A DNA stretch of 63,644 nt, counting the filler, from Folioceros fuciformis (taxonomy: Eukaryota): the NCBI GenBank assembly GCA_049999805.1. It is 16 parts of 16 records of this genome, joined end to end, with 100 filler letters (N's around TTAATTAATTAA, not from the genome) between each part and the next. Parts side by side here need not be neighbours in the genome. Positions count along the whole stretch, not along the records: positions 46,960 to 48,925 come from JBNGIO010002974.1; positions 49,026 to 56,857 come from JBNGIO010002975.1; positions 56,958 to 59,340 come from JBNGIO010002976.1; 13 more parts are not named here. One strand, given 5' to 3'. Below are positions 46,860-58,368 of this stretch, one piece after another. How positions within the stretch are numbered: the first letter of the stretch is position 1; every line of letters begins with the position of its first letter. The translations under genes and the position numbers were made by a program. Below the pieces are notes generated by a model. The model saw only the letters and a program-made list of their open reading frames with translations, was not told the origin of the DNA and searched no databases.

Positions 46860-49025
46860 NNNNNNNNNNNNNNNNNNNNNNNNNNNNNNNNNNNNNNNNN
46901 NNNTTAATTAATTAANNNNNNNNNNNNNNNNNNNNNNNNNNNNNNNNNNNNNNNNNNNNAAGTGTGAAGTGCCAATAGCTCCAGAATCCCGCGTGCCGAC
47001 TCTTTGATTGGCTCCCAGCCTGCACACGATCCAATCTCATAGCATTCAGAAGCAACCTGAAGGACGGGCCAAACGTTGCCTGAGCGAATCAGGGGCAAGG
47101 GTCCCTCAGCCCTTGGAGTAATGAATGCTTTCGAATTCTCAGGAAGGGACATGCTAGCTTCGGGTGGGTTGTGGTACCGGGATGGTCCCTCCTTCCTGGA
47201 TTCCTTCCCATGCGGTGACATAGGACAGGAGCACTGGATTCACAACATTTACTGGCTTCCCGGCTTAGGGGAAGGTGTAGTTTGTCAGCTAAGGCAGGCG
47301 GAGAAGGAGAACGAAATGATCTTCAACCAGCTACCTTCCCACCTACTGCTGCAATAGACAACCCAAGCTCAGTCTTCGTCGGTCGTGATCAGAGAGCGTG
47401 ATGCCAGGACGGGAACCTTGAAGACCATCCCTTGCGAATATTACAAATGCATGTCGAATATTCTCTGTATTATAAATATAATATTTTCAGGGAAACAGGA
47501 CAGCGAGCTAGACATCTTGAAGCTCATCTCTGCACACGTCCTAGATAAGAGATGTGGCGGAAAACGCGTCTGGAGAGGTAGGTGGCACAGCTGTTGATGC
47601 TGAGGGGCGTGAAGACTTGCAGTCAAGTCCAGAGGTGGACGTTATCTGGAATGGCCGGCCTTCGTCCCATGTTATCCTCAGGACTGTGCCCCTCAGCGGC
47701 TGAGCCCGGATGTGAAGCATACCGCCGCTGCACAATGCCATTTGGCTGGGATGAACCCGAGGGCAGCACCTGGGGTGGCTTCTATCCGCTATCTTCTTCG
47801 CCAAGGTATGTGGTGCAGGAAAGTAGGTAGCAAGCTAGCCCCATCCTTGCAACCCTGGCCTAGGGATTGCAGACCGGGCTCAGCACTGTCCTCCGTGCGG
47901 ACTTTCTTCACAAGTCCGTGCACCAGTCCGTTGATGCCTTCGATGTCCAGCTAGGAACTTCTGTTCCTGATTCGCAAGCTCCACCGAGCTCATCTTTCTA
48001 TGCTAGTTCCTCACGCCAGTCCATCATTACTAGAGACGCTCCGGCTCTAGGTCGCTCAGCTAGAGACAAACCTCGGAAGGCTACGAGCGGAGCCCGTCGA
48101 AGCCACAAAGGGAGAGTGCTCTCTGCTGCCCTTGCTCGCGTGAGCTTCCCTCGTGGCCTCGAATTGCTAGAATGCAACAAGAATTGACGGAGGTCATCAC
48201 TATCTAAGAGGCAGCCTTCTGAAAATTGGTGAATGTTCATGCCCTACTGGCCAAGAAGCAGCGTCCTACAAATTTGAGAATGTTCGTGAACTACTGGCCA
48301 ATAAGCAGTCTCCAGTCCTTAGCCCTTCCTGTATTCAGCGCCTCAAAAGCCGCAGAGAGTATCTTCAAACTACATAATTGGTCCCAATTCGATCGTGTGC
48401 TTTGCCAAATGTCGTGTCCCGGTCCCTGGGACAAGGGATGGCCTACCTCGCACGCTTGGAAGTTGGTGCCTGAGGTGCCGCGCCCGAATCCGTGCCAAGG
48501 AGGAAAGGGAAGCCAAGGAAAGTGGGGAAGCGAAGAGAAGGGGACCAAACGAACATTTGGACCCTGGGAAAAGGAGCCTATTGACCTTAGTGGGCTTTAT
48601 CATAGAGCGAATCTTGGGCGTGAATTTGCATGAGAAATAAAGTATGTAGTCCTTGTGAAGATATTATTGATAAGGCTAGCCTCAACCGTCCACACACGGA
48701 GCACAAACCGAACCAAACGAGCAACCAGCGTGCCTAGTTTAGAAGGAATGGTAAACTAGGACTTGGAGTATGTAGTGTCCTGTGAAGCGGACGAGTGAGG
48801 GAAGGCAGCGAGCCAAGGCGAGATAGAATGCGATGCGTAAGTAGTCGGTCCTGTCTGGATAGGGACGATCATCATGGCATTCAGGGGCAGAAGATGACGT
48901 TGTAGTTGGTGCCATGGGCGCAGTANNNNNNNNNNNNNNNNNNNNNNNNNNNNNNNNNNNNNNNNNNNNTTAATTAATTAANNNNNNNNNNNNNNNNNNN
49001 NNNNNNNNNNNNNNNNNNNNNNNNN

Positions 49026-51241
49026 TGCTGAAATCATCAATGAAGGAGACATAGTAGTGGGCTCCTCCAAACGATGCATTCTGTGAAGGACCCCATACAT
49101 CAGAGTGTATCAATTGCAAAGGTCTCGAGCTGTTCTGCACGTGTTGCACACATGGAAACCTTGACTGTTTTCCAAATTGACATGCAGAACACACATGACC
49201 AAGATCAGCATACTTGAACTTGGGCAATCCTTCCACCACGCTTTTCTGTTGCATAGATTTCAACTTCTCTATGTTCACATGCCCAATCCTCTTATGCCAT
49301 ATTTCAACATCACGTATGGCGCCTGCATCATTTGCAAACATTGCTGCATTTAGCTCTGGAATGGATGCATCCAGAGTGAACATCCGTCCATTCCTACTAC
49401 CTTTAGCAATCAGTTTGCGCCCTCTGTCATATTCTTCAATAAAGCATCCATCTTTATTTAATCGAACCTGTAGATTTTGTTCAGCCATCTGTCCAACAGA
49501 CAACAGGTTCTTCGTAATGGTTAGAACATGCAACACATCTTGCAGACTCTTCTGCTGACCATTTGGCATCCTAAGAGGAACAATTCCTCTGTGCTTTATG
49601 TCATGTTGTGTATCATCTCCTGTACACACATGGCCATGAGGACCTGCATCCATCTTGTTAAACCACTCGCCATGCGGAGTCATGTGGTTTGATGCTCCTG
49701 AATCAATGTACCATCTCTCATCATTCTGCCCATCCTGTGCAGACAGATGTTGCATGGCAAACAACCTATCCTGGTCATTTCCAGCATTACTAGAGGAGGC
49801 ATAGTTCCCATGCTGCCTTCCTTTTCCTCTCATGTCTACTTGCTGCTTATAGCAGTCCTTAGCAATATGACCAACCTTACCACAGTAGTAACACTCCTTG
49901 TCTCTATTGGAATGGTCATGAGATTGAAAAGAACCATCTCTTCCTCTTGTGGCTCTACCTGCGCCTCTAAAACTTCCAGATTCTCTCTGGTCTTACGCAT
50001 TTCCTCCACGCCAATTGTCTTGCTGATTTTGCGTGTTCCGAGCATCACCCCATCCTCGGAATGAACCACGACCTCTATGGCCTCTCCCACGCTGGTTAGA
50101 AAACAAAACAGTGTCTCTCCCTTGAGATATACCTAAACCTGTGTTCAGACCAAGCTTAACTTCCTCATGCAGCAACAAAGCAACCAATTCATCCCAACTT
50201 GGGAACTCAACTCTCATAGAGATTGATGTGTCAAAGGACTTGTACTCCTTGCCAAGTCCGTTCAGAGTAACTGCAACCATGTCATCTTCCGTCACACTTG
50301 CACCGATTGTAGCAAGCTGATCAACTATGGTCTTCACCTCTGTTGTATACACAAGTATGGATCTGGTACCTCGTGACAAGTTGTTGAACTGCTGCTTCAA
50401 CTGGATTTTCCTAGCATGTGTGACATTTCCATAGTTCCTCATGAGAATGTCCCATGCATCCTTCGGAGACTCACATCCCGTGATCTGTATGACCATAGCA
50501 TCTGAAATGCTTAAGGAGAGCCAGTGTAACACTTTACATGCTCTCTCAGTCCAATGCTTGTGAGCAGTCTTTTGCTCCTGTGATGGAGTACGATCCATCT
50601 CTAGTTCACTCTCTTCACCTGTGAAGAGGTCCCAATAGCCTCTACCTACCAAGAAGTTCTTCATCCTGAACTTCCACAAAGCAAAATTCTTGTTATCCAA
50701 CTTCTCTCCAACGACCTAAGAGATATTGTCTGATCCCTGCATATTAGCCATGATTCAGGCTCCTTTACGCTCCTCCTGAGTCTCTCTCCCTCTCGCGCCT
50801 CTTGCGCGCTCTTGCGCCTGTAGCGCCTGTTGCGGCTTCCTACGCCGCCTACGCCGCTGCGCCTCCTGCGCCTCTCAGTGGCTTGCGTTGCCAGCCACAT
50901 TCACGCTCACGGCCATAGCCTCAAACCCCCGCCATAGCCACCGGTGGCACCGGCACTCTCTCTCTGGCTCTGATACCATGTTGAAATAGCACCACAGGCT
51001 AAGAAGGACTCCATAGTTCCTTACTTATGGTGCATAGGATGCTACATATATAGCCTTCAGGCGGGGCAACCCTCGATAAGGTAAGCCTTGGTCTCGAGGG
51101 TGCAATATCCTAGTATATCCTGATAAATCCTGATATAACAGTTAGGTGATAGATAACTACGAGTTCAATATGGGATAATCTACACTATCCTAAATGTTGT
51201 ATGCTCTTAATAACAATTCAGTTAGAGCTTGATTTCTAACA
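49026..51241 (-). mobile_element. Copia family J: LTR 50979-51241 (TG..CA), PBS 50967-50978, degenerate gag-PR-IN from ATG 50751
   Basis: KLDNKNFALWKFRM, WYIDSGASNHMT, WHKRIGH, LIHSDVWGP; one stop near the gag start and a frameshift in gag. Confidence 0.9.
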
Positions 51242-52419
51242 CACTTCAGCTCACACTCCTGCACTCCAGCAGCTCACACTTCATGTCACTTCACTCCAAC
51301 ACTTCCTCACTTTGATTCAGCTCACCCCTGGAATTTAGGACACAACATCCTCGCTCCTTGCAGTCTCCAAGCACGGGTGTGGGAACTAGGACTGGATAGC
51401 CCTCCTGGCTCACGGCCCTGTCACTTCACTTCAGCTAGCCTGCAAAATATTCAGCCATTGCGAATTCGGCCACACGGATCTCAACAGTCTTGGGATCCAC
51501 CACGTCCCCCTAGTGGCAAGGGGAATCAAGCCCTTGGTTCAATCTCAACCGGCTCAGCCTCTAGGCCGGGAGTTTGCACACAAGGTCAAGGGAAATCACA
51601 CGGTAGACCCCCCTCCTCAATAACAAGTCAAGCCTCTTATACTACCTTGGCCCAAACCTCCATCTCTGTCTACTAGGGTTAGCCTTAGTCACCCGCCCAG
51701 CAATCTCTCTCTGTCCTAAGCCACCCCTAACTCTGACCTAATAGGGGTTGTCTCCCTTGGATACCACTAGGTGCCCTAAACCCCTTACCAAAATTGACCA
51801 ACCTCTCAAGACTACCAAAATGGTTAGTGCCTCTCAACACTCTCCTTCTTCTCTCAGATCATTCCATCCCTTCCCTTCATAGCATCCTGCAACCCTTCAG
51901 AGCCTCCACCTCTTCAGGTTCGTTCAGCCCCCACGCTGCTGGTCTGGTGCCCTTGAGGGGCCTGGGACTTGAAAGTGACATTCCACCATTTGGCTCCCCG
52001 CCTGCGAGCAACACGTCTGTATTCAAACCTTCCGCCTGCTGGCGGCTCGTAGGAGGGGTGCGCTGCTCAGGCCCCAATCAGTGCAGGGTTGCGTTGCAGG
52101 GCTCTCGAGTGCATTGGGATCTGCCAAGGTTGACTGTTCCATGCCCCACATAACCATTGCTCCTTCGCATGAATCTTCTGCCAATTGCCCAATCCATCCT
52201 CCCCCTTCCAACCCCAGCAGGTTCTGCAACTCGAGCCCCCAGCATCCCCTCCTGCATAAATGCCTTCAACAACGAAACCTGGAACACCAGCCCCCCAGTC
52301 GCACTTGTCCACTCGCCCTCAATTCGACACCTCCCTACAGCGCTATCATTGATAGAGGCCTTCGCTATCACCTGGTTTTGGATCGGGCAGTCGACCTGTG
52401 CTTGCCCCGTGGCTGCCAC

Positions 52420-53360
52420 TACTAGCCAGCCGGCCGCCCTGGCTTGCCTACCTTCTGCCGATTTGGCCGGCCAACCAGCCAACAAGCTTGGCACCCAATC
52501 AGCCCCGCCTGCCTACATGCTGGCCCCCCAGGACCACAGCCGGGTCCGACCCCGACCCGCCAGGCCTGGCTATCCAAACCTGCCTGGGCAAACAGCCAAG
52601 CCGCCAGGATCCGGCCAGACCGTGCTCCACCCCACCGCCATGGCCCGGCCAACCAGCCAGCCTCGCTGACCCCTCCACAACAGCCCCCGATCCGGCTTCT
52701 GCCGCCTGTTTGCCTTAGCCTACAGTGCCCTGCCTTCGACCCTGGTAGCCGCCCGCCTGGCCTACTGAATCCGGCGGCTACTGAGCCACCTGCCGGCTTC
52801 CCGATTTGGCCCCCGGCTGCCTAGCAGCCAGGTCGCTTGCCCACCACGATCCAAGCCAGCTTGCCTGGCTGCATGGATCCCGTCATCCCGCACTGCCGAC
52901 CCTTGCTCGGGCTCTTGCAGCCAACCCACCGCCCGACTTACAAATTCGGCCCCGGCTTGCCATGCCCAGAGCGCCCTGCCGACAACCCGCCTCCGGCGTC
53001 CCGCCCGGCCGACAGCGCCCGCCTGGCCGGTACCAGGCTACCTGTCTACAGCCGGGCCAGATTGCCTGCCTGCAGCCATGAGCAACCACAGCCAGCCCGG
53101 GCGCCCAGCCGTGCCTCCTACACTCCGGTTGGTCGATTTGCCCAGCCAGCTTGAATTTGGCTGGCCGCCAGCCTGCTTAGGCGTTCAAGCCAGGCCGCTG
53201 CCTAGCTTCCCAATCCTGTTGCGTCCTGATCTGCCCCTATAGCTAGCCTACGGCCGCCTGACTTGAGCCTCACCTGCTAGCCTTACCAGCCAGCCAGCAC
53301 GGCATGGATCTGCCCGAGGCCCACCTAGCTTGGATCTAGCGCCGCTGTCTGGGCTGCTTG
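52420..53360. repeat. GC-rich low-complexity region (CCGGC/CCTGCC/CCAGCC microrepeats), probably internal to an unidentified retroelement
   Basis: Strong C skew on the + strand; many overlapping Pro/Ala/Arg-rich ORFs without recognisable domains. Confidence 0.45.
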
Positions 53361-53844
53361 GTTCAGATCTACCTCTCGTGAGTATTGGTAGGATAAAATA
53401 GGTTTATTCATATTATATATCCAGCATTTATAGTAAATAGGCCTAATTAAATACTAAGTGGATTTGCAACGTCACACACAAGGGTTGGCGTCCCAAACTC
53501 AAACGTCGTGCCTCTACATTCACAGGACGTAACCGTTAACGTACTATAAGAAACCACATGGTCTGAAATAAAAATATCTCTTCTACTTTCACTCTCACCT
53601 TGCCAGATCTCGATCTCCTTGCCTCCTCGATCCTAATCTTTATGGTATCAGAGCGGTGATGGAGGACGCGTCGCCACCGCGCGACTGTGAAACCTGTAAG
53701 AGTAACAACTGCACCCGGAATCTCAGCCATAAAGATTTCTGCGCTGCGATCTCTGCACTCCGGGTCTCACTCATCAGGTTTGGCGCGATGGCCGATGCAA
53801 TTCTAGCAGATGTAGTCAGCCACTACTACGACTGACTGCACGCT

Positions 53845-54411
53845 ATGCCGAGAGCGCGAGGTAGAGGCAAGCAGCCCCCTTTTGATCTCCTTTCTGGCCG
53901 CCGCCGTGCTCCAGAGGATGTTCACCTGCAGAACTTGCATCGTTTCTTTGACACCCACTACAATCTCAACCCTCCGCACACGCACAGCAATCATAAGCGT
54001 CAGTATAAGCGTTGCAACGCACAATGCTGTCAGCAACACCAGAAACCAGATCCACTAGCCTCACAGAGAAGTCAGATTAGGCAATACATTCAGAACGCAC
54101 GCACAATCTCTGAGCAGAGATCACGCGAGTTTGTACGTTCCAAGTCCTACGACTTTAATCCATATCCAACACCAACTGATGTCATTTTAGCAGAGACATC
54201 TTTGAAGAATACTATTCAAGTGAATTCCTCTGACAATGAGACAAACATGTCGCTTCAAATCTTGATTGCACCGGTTCAGGTTTCGGGTCCACCTGTTCAC
54301 ATCTTGGAGCATACACCTCTCATGAAAATGATTGAGGCAATTCGAGCAACTCATCTTTGCTGCACTGAGCATGCAAGGCCGCTCGGGTATGGTACTACTG
54401 AAGTCTTGTAA
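53845..54411 (+). CDS. Copia-E extra ORF upstream of gag (188 aa, unknown function)
   Basis: ATG-initiated; basic N-terminus and His/Cys cluster; stop 8 nt before the gag ATG. Confidence 0.55.
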   Translation: MPRARGRGKQPPFDLLSGRRRAPEDVHLQNLHRFFDTHYNLNPPHTHSNHKRQYKRCNAQCCQQHQKPDPLASQRSQIRQYIQNARTISEQRSREFVRSKSYDFNPYPTPTDVILAETSLKNTIQVNSSDNETNMSLQILIAPVQVSGPPVHILEHTPLMKMIEAIRATHLCCTEHARPLGYGTTEVL

Positions 54412-54419
54412 AATTTTAC

Positions 54420-56424
54420 ATGTCAGGAAAGGGAAGGGGTACAGACACATGCAAGCCAAAGGGCATAGGTAGCAGTAGAGGCAACTCACCTCCTACAGAC
54501 CCTTCAGACCCACTTTCCATTTTTTCCACTTCATCTTCACAAGGCAGTAGTACATCTAGGGTAGATCCAGCCCTTGATCGCATTCAAAGAGCCCGACAGA
54601 AAAAGACACGAAAGAAACAGGCTGAATTAGTAGCAGCAGCACTTGCAAATCAAGTTCTAGCAAACATGGCAACAGTCACTCACCTGAAAATAGATTTCAA
54701 AGAAAAAGATCGCTTCTCAGCTTCCCAGTTTGACATTTGGTCACTTAGAGTCCAGACAATCCTAAAAGAAAATGGCCTGTGGGGGGTTGTCACTGGAACT
54801 GTACCTAAGCCTGCAGCTGCTACCTCGACTGCTGCACAAATCGAGGCTTGGGAAAAACTGGACCTAAGAGCACTTGGAGTGATCCAGTCCGCACTGGATG
54901 GATCTATGATGTCTCACACTCAAGACGTGGAGAACACCAAAGAGGCATGGGACTCACTAACACACACTTATCAAGTCAGCAATGGCTCATCTCTAGTTGG
55001 AGCAACAAGAGCATTCTATACTTGTAAGATGCATGAAAATGAACCAGTGGAACAACATGTGGTAAAGTTTCGACAGCTACGATCCAAACTTACCTCGAGT
55101 GGGACGAAGACCACAGAGATGCAGGCAGCCGTTGCCCTCCTTCTCTCTCTTCCTCCCAGTTACCGCACTTTTGTAAGCAACCAGAGTTCGGCATTAAGAC
55201 TTGCAGCACAGAATGCTCAGGCAGGTCAGCCACCGGATGTTACACTTGCGGATGTAATTGGTGCTCTTCTCGAAGAAGAGTCAACCAGAACTGTTAACCT
55301 AGGTGGCACCTCCCGAGGAGAGTCTTCAACAAGGGCACTGTATGCAAACAGGGGTCCCAGAAGACACCCACCACGGCAGTCCTGGACACCAAACAACAAC
55401 ACTGCGTTTAAGAAACGTCCAGCACAAGCTGCATCAACCAAAAAGAAGGGACCCTGCAATTGGTGTCTCATACCTGGCCATTGGGAAGCCGACTGCCGCA
55501 AGAAAAAGGCTGGAGAGCCCAGGCGTGTGCCACAACCAGCATCTAATGTGGTACAACGTAAGGGAAACCCTATCCTAGCAGTATGCATGGTCTCTACCGC
55601 GTCAAACAAACACGTATGGTTCATAGACTCAGGTGCATCTGCACATATCTGTCATTGCAAGAAATCCTTCTCTGAATACAGGTCTATTTCACCTGGTCAG
55701 TTCGTTCTTCTTGGCGATGACAGCGGCCTACAAATAGAGGGCACCGGGTCAGTCCCAGTTATGTTGAGTGATAGCACCACACTAGTGCTAGAGGATGTGT
55801 TGCATGTACCTTCTATGGTGAAGAACCTTGTCTCAGTCTGCAAGTTGACTTCACAGCACACATTGAATGTTTCCTTCACTGGTCTTCAGTGTCTAGTCAC
55901 TGACCCTAAGCACAAAAACAAAGTGTTAGCGAAAGGAACACCTCTCCACGATTTATATCAACTCAACATTACCTCCAAATATGGTCTTCCTCTTGCACAT
56001 GCACAAGTCTGTGCCAGCCAGGAAGCCAAGCAAAAGGATGCTGCTATGCTATGGCACTGCAGACTGGGCCATGCCAACTTCGAAAAAATCAAGTGTATGG
56101 TGGCCAGCACAACACTTTACAGAGAAAAGTTTGTGCTCCAGTCAGCTGAGAAGCAGTTCTGTGAGGCGTGTGTTTTTGCCAAGCATCAACGCCTTCCATA
56201 CTCGGATGATAACCCAACAAGGGCAACAAAACTACTGAAGGTTGTACATACCGATTTATGTGGCCCAATGTCCACTGCAACCCTAGGAGGTGCGCTGTAT
56301 ATTCTCTCGTTTGTTGATGACTGGAGCAGGTATGTCGTGGTTTACCTGCTCAAGAACAAGAGCCAGACTCTTGGATGCTTTAAGGAATATGTATCTTTTG
56401 CCCAGAGGCAAACTGGAGAGCAGT
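54420..56424 (+). CDS. gag-pol: Copia-E Gag-Pol, 3'-partial, with an ~80-aa N-terminal extension
   Basis: KIDFKEKDRF, CNWCLIPGHWEADC, WFIDSGASAH, LWHCRLGH, VHTDLCGP. Confidence 0.92.
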
Positions 56425-56957
56425 NNNNNNNNNNGTGGAAAACCCTGCACAAATCTCCACCTCGAGTGTGCCAGCTCCAGCTCTTCCTCGGCAGACTGTT
56501 TCCTGGCAAATTACTGCAGACTGCACATGACTGACGGCAGCGGAGAATCCAAGCACAGAGAACCATCGCCAGGGCAAGGACTACAGCAGCAAGCTCCGCC
56601 ATCGACTGGACGCAGTTGCGGGCGTAAAGCAAAGAGTTCGAAGAAATTTCCAAAGTGCTGAATTTAAATTTTGAAAGATGCAAGGACGTAAGTCCGGGAG
56701 TAAGCCGTTGAGAAGACTTCTTCGAAAAAGCTGTACGAAGCCCGAACCTGGCGAGATTCCTTCAATCTGTGGTTACGAAACCTAACTAGGATAATGCTGG
56801 CTAAGTGGGAGTATTGGTAGGATAAAATAGGTTTATTCATATTATATATCCAGCATTNNNNNNNNNNNNNNNNNNNNNNNNNNNNNNNNNNNNNNNNNNN
56901 NTTAATTAATTAANNNNNNNNNNNNNNNNNNNNNNNNNNNNNNNNNNNNNNNNNNNN

Positions 56958-57482
56958 CAAGTGTTGTAGGCCGGCCATGTCTCATGGCATCTGGTAAGGT
57001 TGTAGGGGGGGGAGATATCCAAGAGGGGAGTGTGTTCCCTTCTTCCTTTTGTTTGTGGTTAGTCTAGTGACTCTTGCCGGGTAGGAGGAGTCAGTAGGGA
57101 AGTGTACAAGGTAGTGGTGTCGTTGCTGGTTGCTGGTAGTTGCTGGTGTTGGTGCTGGAGTGAGGGAGTGAGTGAAGTGTGTGAGGGAAGTCGCAGATCT
57201 GAGAGGTTAGAGTCGTTGTAGTGACTGGAGTGAGTTTGTGGGCACCGAGAGAGGTGCAGTTGACCGCCGGACAGTGAGGCCTGTCCTACGCCTGATCGGA
57301 GCTGGAGGGGAGCCATCGAATCCATCATCGAGTTGATCAAGTCCGAGCCTCCATCCATAGCAGCAAGGAACCCCATTGCTCCTTCGTGGGAAGGAAACCC
57401 AATGTCTCAACGACAGTGGGATAAGTGTGGCCACTAAAGGTGGAACCCGTTGGCAATCGGTGCCCGGGGTTTTGCCGCCACA
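56958..57482 (+). repeat. Gypsy LTR 3' part
   Basis: Matches ~32340-32863; ends TTTTGCCGCCACA. Confidence 0.82.
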
Positions 57483-57888
57483 ACAGGCTGCTGGAGTTGC
57501 TGAAGGGAAGGGCCAGGAAAAAGCTTCCCATGACAAGGGAGGTGTGAAGGAAGGTGAGATGAGGGAAGAGGGCTGTGACCCAAGGTCTGAACGGCCTGTT
57601 GAAGATGATATGGAGGTCACTAGATTTACCTCCGAAGACCTATTCAGGGAATGGGGAATAAGGGAGGAGGACCCCCGAGAGCCGGAAGAGGGGTTTTGAG
57701 TCAGCTTAGCACCGGTGGAGTGTGAATGGGTGCAGGCTGGTGAAATCAGGGACGTGGAGGTGCTGCCGGGCAAGGTGCTGAAGTTTGCCAAATAGCTGGA
57801 CGCCAAATTGGAGGAGGGGATGAAGCAACTCCTAGCAGAGTTCATCGATGTGTTTGCCTTTGAGGTGACGGACATGAAGGGAATTCCC
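57483..57888 (+). pseudogene. Gypsy pol fragment (acidic linker and start of RT)
   Basis: QLLAEFIDVFAFEVTDMKGIP matches LLTEYLDVFAFKVMDMTSVP in the 2550-2738 ORF. Confidence 0.7.
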
Positions 57889-57985
57889 TGATAAAATATA
57901 GGTAGTATAGGGCCCTATTCATTAGGGCCATTTTAGATGCTACCATATAATGTAGTTACCTAGTAGTTATTCTAGGAAGTTAGTA

Positions 57986-58049
57986 GTTGCAACCACTTAC
58001 GGTTACAACTACTTATGGTTACAACCACTTTCGGTTACAACTACTTATA
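57986..58049 (+). repeat. Four tandem 16-bp repeats in the Copia-F U3 region
   Basis: gttgcaaccacttacg / gttacaactacttatg / gttacaaccactttcg / gttacaactacttata. Confidence 0.85.
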
Positions 58050-58368
58050 GTTGTAACCGCCCAACCACCTCAACCACCTAGCCTATATAAAGGCTTGTAC
58101 TTTACTTCATTATAATTCAATTACATTCTAGGATTTGCATCTAAGAGCAAGGCTAGATTTTCATCATTGTATTAGAGCTTCTTGCTCTACATTATGCAAG
58201 TGCAGCTTCAAGCATCTAAGGAGCGCATCTAGGAGGCATTTTTCTAATCTAGCACTTAGCTAGATGGATTATGCTTCTTCTAAAATTGTTGCTCCTTCAT
58301 GCTTTCTTCTCATGCGAATATCCCTTTTCTAATAATGCTTCTATGTACTAATTCTTCGTCCCCTCTTT

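Larger units (their letters stand above)
53383..56857 (+). mobile_element. Copia family E: 5' LTR 53383-53642, PBS 53643-53654, extra ORF, gag-pol, gap, 3' extra region, PPT 56803-56811, partial 3' LTR 56812-56857
   Basis: The two LTRs are identical over the 46 nt available; the rest of integrase, RT and RH are missing at the 10-N gap. Confidence 0.92.

Noticed and set aside
52078-53154. Overlapping ORFs in the GC-rich region
   Set aside because: Low-complexity microrepeats suppress stop codons; no domain motifs.
56425-56534. Apparent short Gag-Pol C-terminus, suggesting an RT-less element E
   Set aside because: The frame crosses a 10-N scaffold gap; the missing pol sequence is most simply unassembled.
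57207-57875. 222-aa minus-strand ORF
   Set aside because: Antisense shadow of a purine-rich Gypsy pol linker running across an LTR junction.
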